A stretch of 64,000 nt of DNA from Squalus acanthias (lineage: Eukaryota): assembly GCA_030390025.1 (NCBI GenBank), contig CM059432.1, forward strand, positions 144,586,001 through 144,650,000, given 5' to 3'. Position numbers and translations under genes: made by a program. The notes beneath the pieces are model-generated. The model was given only the letters and a program-made list of their open reading frames with translations. It did no database searches and was not told the origin of the DNA. The stretch's first letter is position 1, and each line of letters begins with the position of its first letter. Below are positions 51,835 to 64,000 of this stretch, piece after piece.

Positions 51835-54572
51835 AACCAAGAAATTGATAAAGAAAGGGAAAATAGAATTTAAGAGTAAACTAGCGAGAGACATAAAAAC
51901 AGACTGTAAAAGCTTCTATAGGTATGTAAAAAGGAAAAGTGTAGCGAAAGTAAATGTGGGTCCCTTATAGGCTGAGACAGGAGAAATTATAATGGGGAAT
52001 AAGGAAATGGCAGAGAAATTAAACAAATACTTTGGGCAGAATTTTCATTGAGCCGTGGAGGCGGGTTTGGAGGCGGGACTGGATTGAAAATAGCTGAATC
52101 GGGCATCCCGACCCCAACCCGCCTCCATGCCAGTTTCGCTGGAGGCGGGTACCCGACCTGTGCTGGGACCCGCCTCCCCAAGGCGGGAAGGGGATTAGTG
52201 GCAATAAACTGCCTGTTAACAGGTAGTTAACAGGCAGTTTGTTGCCTAATCCCTATTTTTAAGCCTGAAATGTGGGCTCTCCGACAGGTCCCAACCACGC
52301 CGTTTCAGCGAGGCGGAACGTAGGTCTGCAGGGGTTGGAGGGGTTGATATGTCCGGTGGGCAGGTGAGTGATGGGTGCATGTGTGCAGAGGTAAGTGTGT
52401 AAGGTAAGTGTAAAGTGTGGAAAAAAGTTTTACTTACCTTAATTTCCTCCTGCAGGTGTCAGCCCTTCAGGTCTCGGGAGTCAGAAATCTCACCGGCACA
52501 GAAAGCAGAATGGCTGTTGAGCTGTCAAAAGCTGCAGCCTCTGCTTTTTGTTCTGCAGAGATCTCTAAATCAGCCTGAGAGGAAGGAATTAACTTAGAGG
52601 ACAGATTGTCAGTACTTGACAGCTTCAAAGAGCTGTCAAACGCTGATATTTCATCTGTCAAAAGCTCTTGACAGATGAAATGTCAATCTGTGACGTCACC
52701 TGTTGCCGGGTGGCCCTTAATTGGCCTGCTGAGCCCGCTGGGTGGACTCAACAAGGTCAATCAAGTGAAAATACAGTGGGTTGGCCACAAGTCGATGGAG
52801 GCGGGACTACAACCCAAAAAGTGGGAGTCCCGCCTCCATCCCGTCCCTAGTTTCAAAATCCAGCCCTTTGTGTCTGTCTTCATGGAAGACGACGCAAAAA
52901 ACTTCCCGGAAATAGTGGAGAACCAAGGGGCGAGCGAGAATGAGGAACTGAAAGAAATTAGTATTCGTAAAAAAATAGTACTGGAAAAATTAATGTGACT
53001 GAAAGCCGATAAATCCCCTGGACCTGATGGCCTACATCCTAGGGTTTTGAAAGAGGTGGCTATAGAGATAGTGGATGCATTGGTTGTCATTTTCCAAAAT
53101 TCCATAGATTCAGGAACTGTTCCCGCGGTTTGGAAGGTAGCAAATGTAACCCCACTATTTAAGAAAGGAGGGAGAGAGAAAACAGGGAACTACAGACCAG
53201 TTAGCCTGACATCAGTAGTAGGGAAAATGTTAGAATCTATTATTAAGGACGTGGTAACAGGGCACTTAGAAAATAATAATAGGATTGGGCAGAGTCGACA
53301 TGGATTTATGAAAGGGAAATCGTGTTTGACAAAGGTTGTAACCAACAGGGTAGATATGGGGGAGTCAGTGGGTGTGGTGTATTTGGATTTTCAGAAGGCA
53401 TTCGATAAGGTGCCACACAAGAGGTTATAAAACAAAATTAGGGCTCATGGGATTGGGGGTAATATACTAGCATGGATTGAGGATTGGTTAACAGACAGAA
53501 AACAGAGAGTAGGAATAAACGGATCATTTTTGGGTTGGCAGGCTGTAACTAGTGGGGTACCACAAGGATCAGTGCTTGGGCCTCAGCTATTCACAATCTA
53601 CGTCAATTATTTGGATGAGGGGACCAAATGTAATATATCCAAGTTTGCTGATGATACAAAGCTGGGTGGGAATGTAAGTTGTGAGGAGGATGCAAGGAGG
53701 CTTCAAGGGGATATAGACAGGCTAAGTGAGTGGGCAAAAACATGGCAAATGGAATATAATGCGGAGAAATGTGAAGTTATCCACTTTGGTAGGAAAAATA
53801 GAAAAGCAGAGTATTTTTTAAATGGTGAGAGATTGGGAAATGTTGGTGCTCAGAGGGACCTGGGTGTCCTTGTACACGAATCACTGAAAGTTAACATGCA
53901 GGTACAGCAAGCAATTAGGAAAGCAAATGGTATGTTGGTCTTTATTACAAGAGGATTTGAGTATAAGAGTAAAGACGTCTTACTGCAATTATATAGGGCC
54001 CTGGTGAGATCACACCTGGAGTATTGTGTACAGTTTTGGTCTCCTTACCTAAGGAAGGATATACTTGCCATAGAGGGAGTGCAACGAAGGTTCACCAGAC
54101 TGGTTCCTGGGATGGGCGGATTGTTCTATGAGGAGAGATTGAGTAGACTAGGCCTATATTCTCTAGAGTTTAGAAGAATGAGAGGTGATCTCATTGAAAC
54201 ATGCAAAATTCTTACAGGGCTTGACAGGTTAGATGCTGGGAGGATGACTCCCCAGCCAGGGGAGTCTAGAACCAGGGGTCACAGTCTCAGAATAAGGGGT
54301 CGGCCATTTAGGACTGAGATGAGGAGAAATGTCTTCACTCAGCGGGTGGTGAATCTTTGGAATTCTTTACCCCAGAGTGCTGTGGATGCTCAGTCGTAGA
54401 GTATATTCAAGACAGAGATCGATAGATGTTTGAATATTAAGGGAATCAAGGGATATGGGGATAGTGCAGGAAAGTGGAGATGAGGTAGAAGATGAACCAT
54501 GATTTTATTGAATGGCGGAGCAGGCTTGAAGGGCCAAATGGCCGACTCCTGCTCCTATTTCTTATGTTCTTA
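51835..54572 (+). mobile_element. CR1 LINE (long ORF2 remnant plus 3'UTR) interrupted by a MITE
   Basis: [46 protein letters not shown]; premature stops; TTCTTATGTTCTTA tail. Confidence 0.95.
52034..52866. mobile_element. PIF/Harbinger-type MITE with exact 3 bp TSD (TTT)
   Basis: AAATACTTT|GGGCAGAATTTT...AAAATCCAGCCC|TTTGTGTCTGTC; removing it restores the CR1 NKYFVSVF frame. Confidence 0.85.
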
Positions 54573-57289
54573 CACTGGAGCTGGTCTCAGGTTCACAACA
54601 GCCTCACCTCGAGAACCAGCGGTGCAAGCACCCCTGTAAGACTAACGTAAAAGCAGCTTAAATGGGGTCAGTTGAGTCAATAGTGCAAAGTAGGTCTTTT
54701 TAACAACAGTGAGTATTAGCTTGTTACATTTTGAATGGTCTGCCTCATGTAGGTAATTTCCATATAATGAGGAGGCGAGGCCATGGTCTTATTGGGGTAC
54801 CTCACTACAAAACAGCTCACTGCAGTCCACCCTCACACCCCATTGCAAATAATACTCTGCTATTACACCTCAGGGCTTCTACAGGAGCAGACTGCAGGAT
54901 ACAGTCAAACAATGCGGGTAAACCAAGTGGTAATTAGCAGGAACACCAAAATCAGTGCATTATTGTTGCTACAGGAATCATTTCAATGATGAAAAAATCT
55001 TCACAAATGAGTCCTGTTCAATCTTGTTAAAGAAAACCATCTTCAGATGCTCTATATAGGACTGCAAAATCGTAAGCTGCCAGTTTTAGCTTTTGTTCTT
55101 CTTTAAGAACAAATATGCTGTGAAGAATACCAGTTGGATTCTGGCAATTACAGTCTTTAACTGATCAATTTGGCTGATAATGACGAGACTGCATGGGTGC
55201 TTCACCTGTTAGTTTCACTGTCTTAATTCTGCGTTATTAATAATGATACGGTTTATTTTATTCAACGGCAGAAGAGAAATGAGTAAGTTTAGTAACTTCT
55301 TGCTGTGATTCTACCTGATTCAAGTTCTAAAATGAGTGGATGAACCACACCATACAGCAGCACAGAACCCGTCAACAGGCTGTTGCGAAATTCCTCCATC
55401 CAGCATCTTAACAAAGATACAAATTAAAAATAAACCACCTGATGCCTTCATTAAAATACAGGCAGAGGAACTTCACTGCCATGTTACTGCGCTTGCAAGC
55501 TGCCATCGTGCACTGCGATTTCACGCCAAAGATTAATTAATTGTGATAGTTCTATGGCACTATTATTGCTGCGTTATGCAAGTACACTCGTGGTAACTTT
55601 TCAGTTAAAAGACAGTAAGAAACCCCTTTAACAGTTTCAACCTTGGGAGCCACACAGAAACTGTTAATGAGGATAACTTACACTAATGTCAGAGCCTTAA
55701 ACAATGCGTGTTTTATTAAAGGTCACGGATGGCATACCTTATAAAAAGGGGGCGATTATAATAAAATTGACGGCAATATAAAGGACATGATTTATGATAT
55801 GTGAGGTGGCCTTTCCTTTGGCCTCATTGATTTCCAGAGCATTTAACATGAGTATTACTACATCTTGCTTAAAGTGAACAGCTCACCAAATGGAAACCAT
55901 GATTAAACTAGGTTGAAAATTACTTTTCATCAAATCATGTGCAATTTGGAGTTCGTTGTGATGACCAAATAATCACATTCAGAATCCTTCCTCTGCCCTC
56001 TCTTAAACAAAATGGCAAGGCTTGGTAATGATAAAAAAAATCTATGATTGGCAAAGGTTTACTTTGTTGTAAGCCCACTAACTCAGTCCATCAATCAGAT
56101 CGCTGGAGGCTCAAGTCCCAGAGCCATGTGCTGTCCAGAGAGAGAACTTGCACTACCCAGCAGATGAAGCCTCATGCTGTGGAGCAGCTGCTCAGTCTTG
56201 GGGCACAAGAAGCATAACAGGAGTGATATTGGTCTCAGCCAGTAGCGGGAAACGGGCGGAGAGAGAATCGGCAGCCCGTTTCACACCGCGCCTGATTTTC
56301 TTTTCCATTACAGGCTGCCGATTCGCTATGAGCCTGATTCATGCTACTGGCATGGCCCAATTTCAGCCCCCACATCTTCAGCTTGCCACCCCCGCGCCCC
56401 CCCCCACCCCGCCAATATTTACATTGCCTGTCAATCATAGCCCAGAATTGCCCGGTCCTCCCAGCTGAGAGCAGTGGCTTCCAGACTATGCCTCCCGATA
56501 GCAAAATTCTGGAATATAGTGAAATGATCAATTAAAAAAACCCAAAGACAGAATCATTACCAGAATGCAATGCTACTATATTTGCGAGCACGTGCGGTTT
56601 CCCACCTACCAGATTTGGACTTCTTCTTCATTATGCGTGTATGATTAGGAAACATTCCAGTTGGGGCATGGTCTGCCATTCTCTCTTCTAAGTCTGACTC
56701 TGGGATACTTTGATAGCCTGAGTTGAAAACAAAGAAGCATTGTTACTGAAGCTTTGTGGAGACTCACATTTCTAAATGTGATTGACCAAAACAAAAGGCA
56801 CTGGGATAAAGCTTGGCCTGTGTGATGGAGATGGAACAATGACATCACATGTGGAACTGAAGGGGCAAGTCCACCAAACTGCTACCAACAGTAATGATAA
56901 ACTCGCTCACCTACTTGACTTTTCCCTATCTGTTGTTTTTATTATCATTGAAAGATTGAGTGCAATAACATTGTTGAGGTAATACATTCCAGGATGTTCT
57001 GATAAGAGTAAATGGGAAAGGAACTTAGCAGTCAATACCAGGCAACAAAAAATCCTTCCAACACTATAACTGCTAAAGGGCAGCAGAGGAGTCATTTAAA
57101 ATGTTAAAGAAGCCAGATGGAGTTGGACATGAGGATGAATGGGAGACAATTAATTTGCTAAACGACTGCTGCTCAGAGGTTTTTAACCAGAGGACACTAA
57201 TGAGATACAATCCTGCATCAAACACATGTCGTGTGTACTCTGGTATTTTGGCGCTCGTGAAATCGAGATTCTAGATGGGCTGAAAACCT

Positions 57290-57935
57290 GTACATCCCCC
57301 AGGACTGATGAACTATATCACAGCTTACTTAAAAGGCATTCGTGATACACTGGAGAGGATCCGACAGATTGAAAATAGGCAAATATAGTTCCCATATTCA
57401 AGAAGGGTTCGGAGCCATTCCCGGCTACTACAGACTCAATAGTCAGAAAGCTAATAGAATCAATCATCAGAAACAAAATGGAAGTGTGCTTAGTAAATGA
57501 CAGGCAACAAGGCTTTAGAGGGGGTGAACTTGTCTGACCAACCTGAGACTTATTTGAGGAAAATAGATCCCAGATTGACGGGGTGAAGCCACATGATGTA
57601 CCTCGTACTTGGATAAAATACTCTAAGCGGCTCCTTCACAAACTAAAGTCAGTGTATATGAGGGTAATACATAAATATGGATTAGCAACTGCTTAAAAGG
57701 AAGGAAATAGAGAGCAGGTCACAAGGAGAACTAGGCTGCAAGGGGTGAGGGTGAGTCCTGACTGGGATGTTGGGACCCCTCTTGCCTGTAGTATAAACAA
57801 GTGATCTGGAACCAGTCTTAATGCAGGGTAGTTAAATAGACAAGACAATACCAAGCTAGGGGGATATTTGGATTCAGAGGCAGCAGCAAAGCTGTGGTAA
57901 GAGTTTGATGAGTTTTGCACCTGGGCAATCTGTGA
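57290..57935 (+). mobile_element. Ancient, heavily decayed CR1 RT fragment
   Basis: Residual ANIVPIFKKGS..PGYYR and QQGFRG..CLTNL motifs with many indels. Confidence 0.6.
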
Positions 57936-58079
57936 CAAAAGGAGTTTGGTACAGACAAATTAATTAAAACGGTTAGAAAACCACATGCAGCCTCTGCCTG
58001 AATGTCCGATGCGCAGTCCTGGTGGGAGAGGGTCCCTGCGGAGAGTGCAAAGTTGGACAACTACCCCCGAATGCAAAGC

Positions 58080-58185
58080 TACACACCACTCCGCCAGCTG
58101 AGATCAGTTAACTCAGGACAGACCGGGGATTGAACCTCGGACTTTCCTCATCTCTAGGGATCATATTGGGCAGTGCACCTACTCA
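58080..58185 (-). mobile_element. AmnSINE2-like 5' fragment
   Basis: GCTGAGATCAGTTAACTCAGGACAGACCGGGGATTGAACCTCGGAC includes a reverse-complement B box. Confidence 0.55.
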
Positions 58186-58186
58186 G

Positions 58187-61100
58187 ACAAGGGAGTCTGC
58201 GGGTCCCCTACACAATGGAGTCTGCAGGTCTGCCCTACACAAGGGAGTCTGCAGGTCCCCTACACAATGGAGTCTGCGGGTCCCCTACACAATGGAGTCT
58301 GCGGGTCCCCTACACAATGGAGTCTGCGGGTCTGCCCTACACAAGGGAGTCTGCAGGTCCCCTACACAAGGGAGTCTGCGGGTCCCCTACACAATGGAGT
58401 CTGCGGGTCCCCTACACAATGGAGTCTGCGGGTCTCCCCTACACAAGGGAGTCTGCGGGTCTCCCTACACAAGGGAGTCTGCGGGTCCCCTACACAATGG
58501 AGTCTGCGGGTCTCCCCTACACAAGGGAGTCTGCGGGTCTCCCGACACAAGGGAGTCTGCGGGTCTCCCCTACACAAGGGAGTCTGCGGGTCTCCCCTAC
58601 ACAAGGGAGTCTGCGGGTCTCCCGACACAAGGGAGTCTGCGGGTCTCCCGACACAAGGGAGTCTGCGGGTCTCCCGACACAAGGGAGTCTGCGGGTCTCC
58701 CTACACAAGGGAGTCTGCAGGTCTCCCCTACACAATGGAGTCTGCAGGTCTCCCCTACACAAGGGAGTCTGCGGGTCCCCTACACAATGGAGTCTGCAGG
58801 TCCCCCCTACACAAGGGAGTCTGCGGGTCCCCTACACAAGGGAGTCTGCAGGTCCCCTACACAATGGAGTCTGCGGGTCCCCTACACAATGGAGTCTGCA
58901 GGTCCCCCCTACACAAGGGAGTCTGCGGGTCCCCTACACAAGGGAGTCTGCAGGTCCCCTACACAATGGAGTCTGCGGGTCCCCTACACAAGGGAGTCTG
59001 CGGGTCTCCCCTACACAAGGGAGTCTGCGGGTCCCCTACACAATGGAGTCTGCGGGTCCCCTACACAAGGGAGTCTGCGGGTCTCCCCTACACAAGGGAG
59101 TCTGCGGGTCTCCCCTACACAATGGAGTCTGCGGGTCCCCTACACAATGGAGTCTGCGGGTCTCCCCTACACAAGGGAGTCTGCGGGTCTCCCCTACACA
59201 AGGGAGTCTGCGGGTCTCCCCTACACAATGGAGTCTGCGGGTCTCCCCTACACAAGGGAGTCTGCGGGTCTCCCCTACACAAGGGAGTCTGCGGGTCTCC
59301 CCTACACAATGGAGTCTGCAGGTCTCCTACACAATGGAGTCTGCGGGTCTCCCCTACACAATGGAGTCTGCAGGTCTCCTACACAATGGAGTCTGCAGGT
59401 CTCCCCTACACAATGGAGTCTGCAGGTCTCCTACACAATGGAGTCTGCGGGTCTCCTACACAATGGAGTCTGCGGGTCCCCTACACAAGGGAGTCTGCAG
59501 GTCTCCTACACAATGGAGTCTGCGGGTCTCCTACACAATGGAGTCTGCGGGTCCCCTACACAAGGGAGTCTGCAGGTCTCCTACACAATGGAGTCTGCGG
59601 GTCTCCCCTACACAATGGAGTCTGCGGGTCCCCTACACAAGGGAGTCTGCGGGTCCCCTACACAATGGAGTCTGCGGGTCTCCCCTACACAAGGGAGTCT
59701 GCGGGTCCCCTACACAATGGAGTCTGCAGGTCTCCTACACAATGGAGTCTGCGGGTCCCCTACACAATGGAGTCTGCAGGTCCCCCCTACACAAGGGAGT
59801 CTGCGGGTCCCCTACACAATGGAGTCTGCGGGTCTCCCCTACACAATGGAGTCTGCAGGTCCCCCTACACAATGGAGTCTGCGGGTCCCCCTACACAAGG
59901 GAGTCTGCAGGTCCCCTACACAAGGGAATCTGCGGGTCTCCCTACACAAGGGAGTCTGCGGGTCTCCCCTACACAATGGAGTCTGCGGGTCTCCCCTACA
60001 CAAGGGAGTCTGCGGGTCTCCCTACACAATGGAGTCTGCGGGTCCCCTACACAAGGGAGTCTGCGGGTCTCCCCTACACAATGGAGTCTGCGGGTCTCCC
60101 TACACAATGGAGTCTGCGGGTCCCCTACACAATGGAGTCTGCGGGTCTCCCTACACAATGGAGTCTGCGGGTCCCCTACACAAGGGAGTCTGCGGGTCTC
60201 CCTACACAATGGAGTCTGCGGGTCCCCTACACAATGGAGTCTGCGGGTCTCCCTACACAATGGAGTCTGCGGGTCCCCTACACAATGGAGTCTGCGGGTC
60301 CCCTACACAAGGGAGTCTGCGGGTCTCCCCTACACAAGGGAGTCTGCGGGTCTCCCCTACACAATGGAGTCTGCGGGTCTCCCCTACACAAGGGAGTCTG
60401 CGGGTCCCCTACACAATGGAGTCTGCGGGTCTCCCCTACACAAGGGAGTCTGCGGGTCTCCCCTACACAAGGGAGTCTGCGGGTCTCCCCTACACAAGGG
60501 AGTCTGCGGGTCTCCCCTACACAAGGGAGTCTGCGGGTCTCCCCTACACAAGGGAGTCTGCGGGTCTCCCCTACACAAGGGAGTCTGCGGGTCTCCCCTA
60601 CACAAGGGAGTCTGCGGGTCTCCTACACAATGGAGTCTGCGGGTCTCCCCTACACAAGGGAGTCTGCGGGTCTCCCCTACACAAGGGAGTCTGCGGGTCT
60701 CCCCTACACAAGGGAGTCTGCGGGTCTCCCCTACACAAGGGAGTCTGCGGGTCTCCTACACAATGGAGTCTGCGGGTCTCCCCTACACAAGGGAGTCTGC
60801 GGGTCTCCCCTACACAATGGAGTCTGCGGGTCTCCCCTACACAAGGGAGTCTGCGGGTCTCCCCTACACAAGGGAGTCTGCGGGTCCCCTACACAAGGGA
60901 GTCTGCGGGTCCCCTACACAAGGGAGTCTGCGGGTCCCCTACACAAGGGAGTCTGCGGGTCTCCTACACAATGGAGTCTGCGGGTCCCCTACACAAGGGA
61001 GTCTGCAGGTCTCCTACACAATGGAGTCTGCGGGTCTCCCCTACACAATGGAGTCTGCGGGTCTCCCCTACACAAGGGAGTCTGCAGGTCTCCTACACAA

Positions 61101-63774
61101 GGGAGTCTGCAGGTCTCCTACACAATGGAGTCTGCGGGTCCCCTACACAATGGAGTCTGCGGGTCCCCCTACACAAGGGAGTCTGCGGGTCTCCCCTACA
61201 CAAGGGTCTGCGGGTCCCCTACACAATGGAGTCTGCAGGTCTCCCCTACACAATGGAGTCTGCAGGTCCCCTACACAAGGGAGTCTGCAGGTCTCCCCTA
61301 CACAATGGAGTCTGCGGGTCCCCTACACAATGGAGTCTGCAGGTCCCCTACACAAGGGAGTCTGCGGGTCTCCCCTACACAATGGAGTCTGCAGGTCCCC
61401 CCTACACAATGGAGTCTGCGGGTCTCCTACACAAGGGAGTCTGCGGGTCCCCTACACAAGGGAGTCTGCGGGTCTCCCCTACACAATGGAGTCTGCGGGT
61501 CTCCCCTACACAATGGAGTCTGCGGGTCTCCCCTACACAATGGAGTCTGCGGGTCCCCTACACAAGGGAGTCTGCGGGTCCCCTACACAATGGAGTCTGC
61601 AGGTCCCCTACACAATGGAGTCTGCGGGTCTCCCCTACACAATGGAGTCTGCAGGTCCCCTACACAATGGAGTCTGCGGGTCTCCCCTACACAATGGAGT
61701 CTGCGGGTCTCCCCTACACAAGGGAGTCTGCGGGTCTCCCCTACACAATGGAGTCTGCGGGTCTCCCCTACACAATGGAGTCTGCGGGTCCCCTACACAA
61801 GGGAGTCTGCGGGTCTCCCCTACACAAGGGAATCTGCAGGTCTCCCCTACACAATGGAGTCTGCGGGTCCCCTACAGAAGGGAATCTGCAGGTCTCCTAC
61901 ACAATGGAGTCTGCGGGTCCCCCTACACAATGGAGTCTGCGGGTCTCCCCTACACAATGGAGTCTGCAGGTCCCCTACACAAGGGAGTCTGCGGGTCTCC
62001 CCTACACAATGGAGTCTGCGGGTCCCCTACACAAGGGAGTCTGCGGGTCTCCCCTACACAAGGGAGTCTGCGGGTCTCCCGACACAAGGGAGTCTGCGGG
62101 TCCCCTACACAAGGGAGTCTGCGGGTCCCCCTACACAAGGGAGTCTGCGGGTCTCCCCTACACAATGGAGTCTGCGGGTCTCCCTACACAAGGGAGTCTG
62201 CGGGTCTCCCCTACACAAGGGAGTCTGCGGGTCTCCCGACACAAGGGAGTCTGCGGGTCTCCCCTACACAAGGGAGTCTGCGGGTCTCCCCTACACAAGG
62301 GAGTCTGCGGGTCTCCCGACACAATGGAGTCTGCGGGTCCCCTACACAAGGGAGTCTGCGGGTCCCCTACACAAGGGAGTCTGCGGGTCTCCCGACACAA
62401 GGGAGTCTGCGGGTCTCCCCTACACAAGGGAGTCTGCGGGTCTCCCCTACACAAGGGAGTCTGCGGGTCCCCTACACAAGGGAGTCTGCGGGTCCCCTAC
62501 ACAATGGAGTCTGCAGGTCTCCTACACAATGGAGTCTGCAGGTCCCCTACACAATGGAGTCTGCGGGTCCCCTACACAAGGGAGTCTGCAGGTCCCCTAC
62601 ACAAGGGAGTCTGCAGGTCTCCTACACAATGGAGTCTGCAGGTCCCCTACACAATGGAGTCTGCGGGTCCCCTACACAAGGGAGTCTGCGGGTCTCCCCT
62701 ACACAAGGGAGTCTGCGGGTCTCCTACACAAGGGAGTCTGCGGGTCCCCTACACAAGGGAGTCTGCAGGTCTCCCCTACACAAGGGAGTCTGCGGGTCCC
62801 CTACACAATGGAGTCTGCGGGTCCCCTACACAATGGAGTCTGCGGGTCTCCCCTACACAAGGGAGTCTGCGGGTCTCCCCTACACAAGGGAGTCTGCGGG
62901 TCTCCCCTACACAATGGAGTCTGCGGGTCCCCTACACAATGGAGTCTGCAGGTCCCCTACACAAGGGAGTCTGCGGGTCTCCCCTACACAAGGGAGTCTG
63001 CGGGTCTCCCCTACACAATGGAGTCTGCGGGTCCCCTACACAAGGGAGTCTGCGGGTCCCCTACACAATGGAGTCTGCAGGTCCCCTACACAAGGGAGTC
63101 TGCGGGTCTCCCCTACACAAGGGAGTCTGCGGGTCTCCCCTACACAATGGAGTCTGCGGGTCTCCTACACAATGGAGTCTGCGGGTCTCCCCTACACAAG
63201 GGAGTCTGCAGGTCCCCTACACAAGGGAGTCTGCAGGTCTCCCCTACACAAGGGAGTCTGCGGGTCTCCCTACACAAGGGAGTCTGCGGGTCTCCCCTAC
63301 ACAATGGAGTCTGCGGGTCTCCCCTACACAATGGAGTCTGCGGGTCTCCCCTACACAAGGGAGTCTGCAGGTCCCCTACACAAGGGAGTCTGCAGGTCTC
63401 CCCTACACAAGGGAGTCTGCAGGTCTCCCCTACACAATGGAGTCTGCAGGTCCCCTACACAAGGGAGTCTGCAGGTCTCCCCTACACAAGGGAGTCTGCG
63501 GGTCTCCCCTACACAAGGGAGTCTGCAGGTCTCCCCTACACAATGGAGTCTGCAGGTCCCCTACACAATGGAGTCTGCGGGTCCCCTACACAATGGAGTC
63601 TGCGGGTCCCCTACACAATGGAGTCTGCGGGTCCCCTACACAATGGAGTCTGCAGGTCTCCCCTACACAATGGAGTCTGCGGGTCCCCTACACAATGGAG
63701 TCTGCGGGTCCCCTACACAAGGGAGTCTGCGGGTCCCCTACACAAGGGAGTCTGCGGGTCTCCCCTACACAAGG
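58187..63774. repeat. Large minisatellite/VNTR, 23-25 bp units CC(C)TACACAA(T/G)GGAGTCTGC(G/A)GGT(CT)CC
   Basis: Uninterrupted ~5.6 kb array, roughly 230 units by length; a few discrete variants interleaved. Confidence 0.97.
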
Positions 63775-64000
63775 CCCCAGCCACAGATATCCAACTGCAG
63801 CACAGCATCTGAAAATTATATTTCAGTTCCTGCCATCGAAGCATGCTCAATTGTAATATTTATTGTAAAAATCCACCAAATTATTGGGCCACAGGGACAG
63901 CAAATCACAATATAAACCCATCCTGCTTTGAAATCAAAATTGCAATATTTACAAAGTTAGATCTATAAAATTTGCTGTTAATCATAAATGATAACACGTC

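Noticed and set aside
53047..54399. Active reverse transcriptase gene
   Set aside because: CR1 copy with in-frame stops, a small deletion, a MITE insertion and no 5' end.
58187..63774. CRISPR-like array
   Set aside because: Units are contiguous with no unique spacers, there are no cas genes, and the context is vertebrate.
58130..63915. Three ~1900 aa ORFs as a real protein-coding gene
   Set aside because: The repeat unit lacks TAA/TAG/TGA on the + strand, and units of 23, 24 and 25 bp shift frame freely, so no reading frame is being preserved.

Overview
Repeat-dense, apparently non-coding vertebrate DNA (intronic or intergenic). The repeats point to a cartilaginous fish, probably a shark: HE1-like V-SINE, SacSINE1-like DeuSINEs, abundant CR1 and L2 LINEs. 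I can support no host protein-coding exon. Recognisable ORFs are retroelement or transposon remnants: CR1 RT/APE/ORF1 esterase, L2 APE-RT, RTE and a PIF/Harbinger Myb/SANT gene. Main items worth follow-up: (1) three intact minimal type I hammerhead ribozyme motifs in Penelope-like fragments, several flanked by 12-14 bp target duplications; (2) a TSD-flanked, internally deleted mini-RTE that fuses the N- and C-termini of the RTE ORF in frame; (3) a set of PIF/Harbinger-type non-autonomous elements, one retaining convergent transposase and Myb/SANT remnants with nested CR1 and SINE insertions; (4) a ~5.6 kb minisatellite of 23-25 bp variant units with all three + frames open. Family names come from recalled sequence, not database searches, and most boundaries are approximate.
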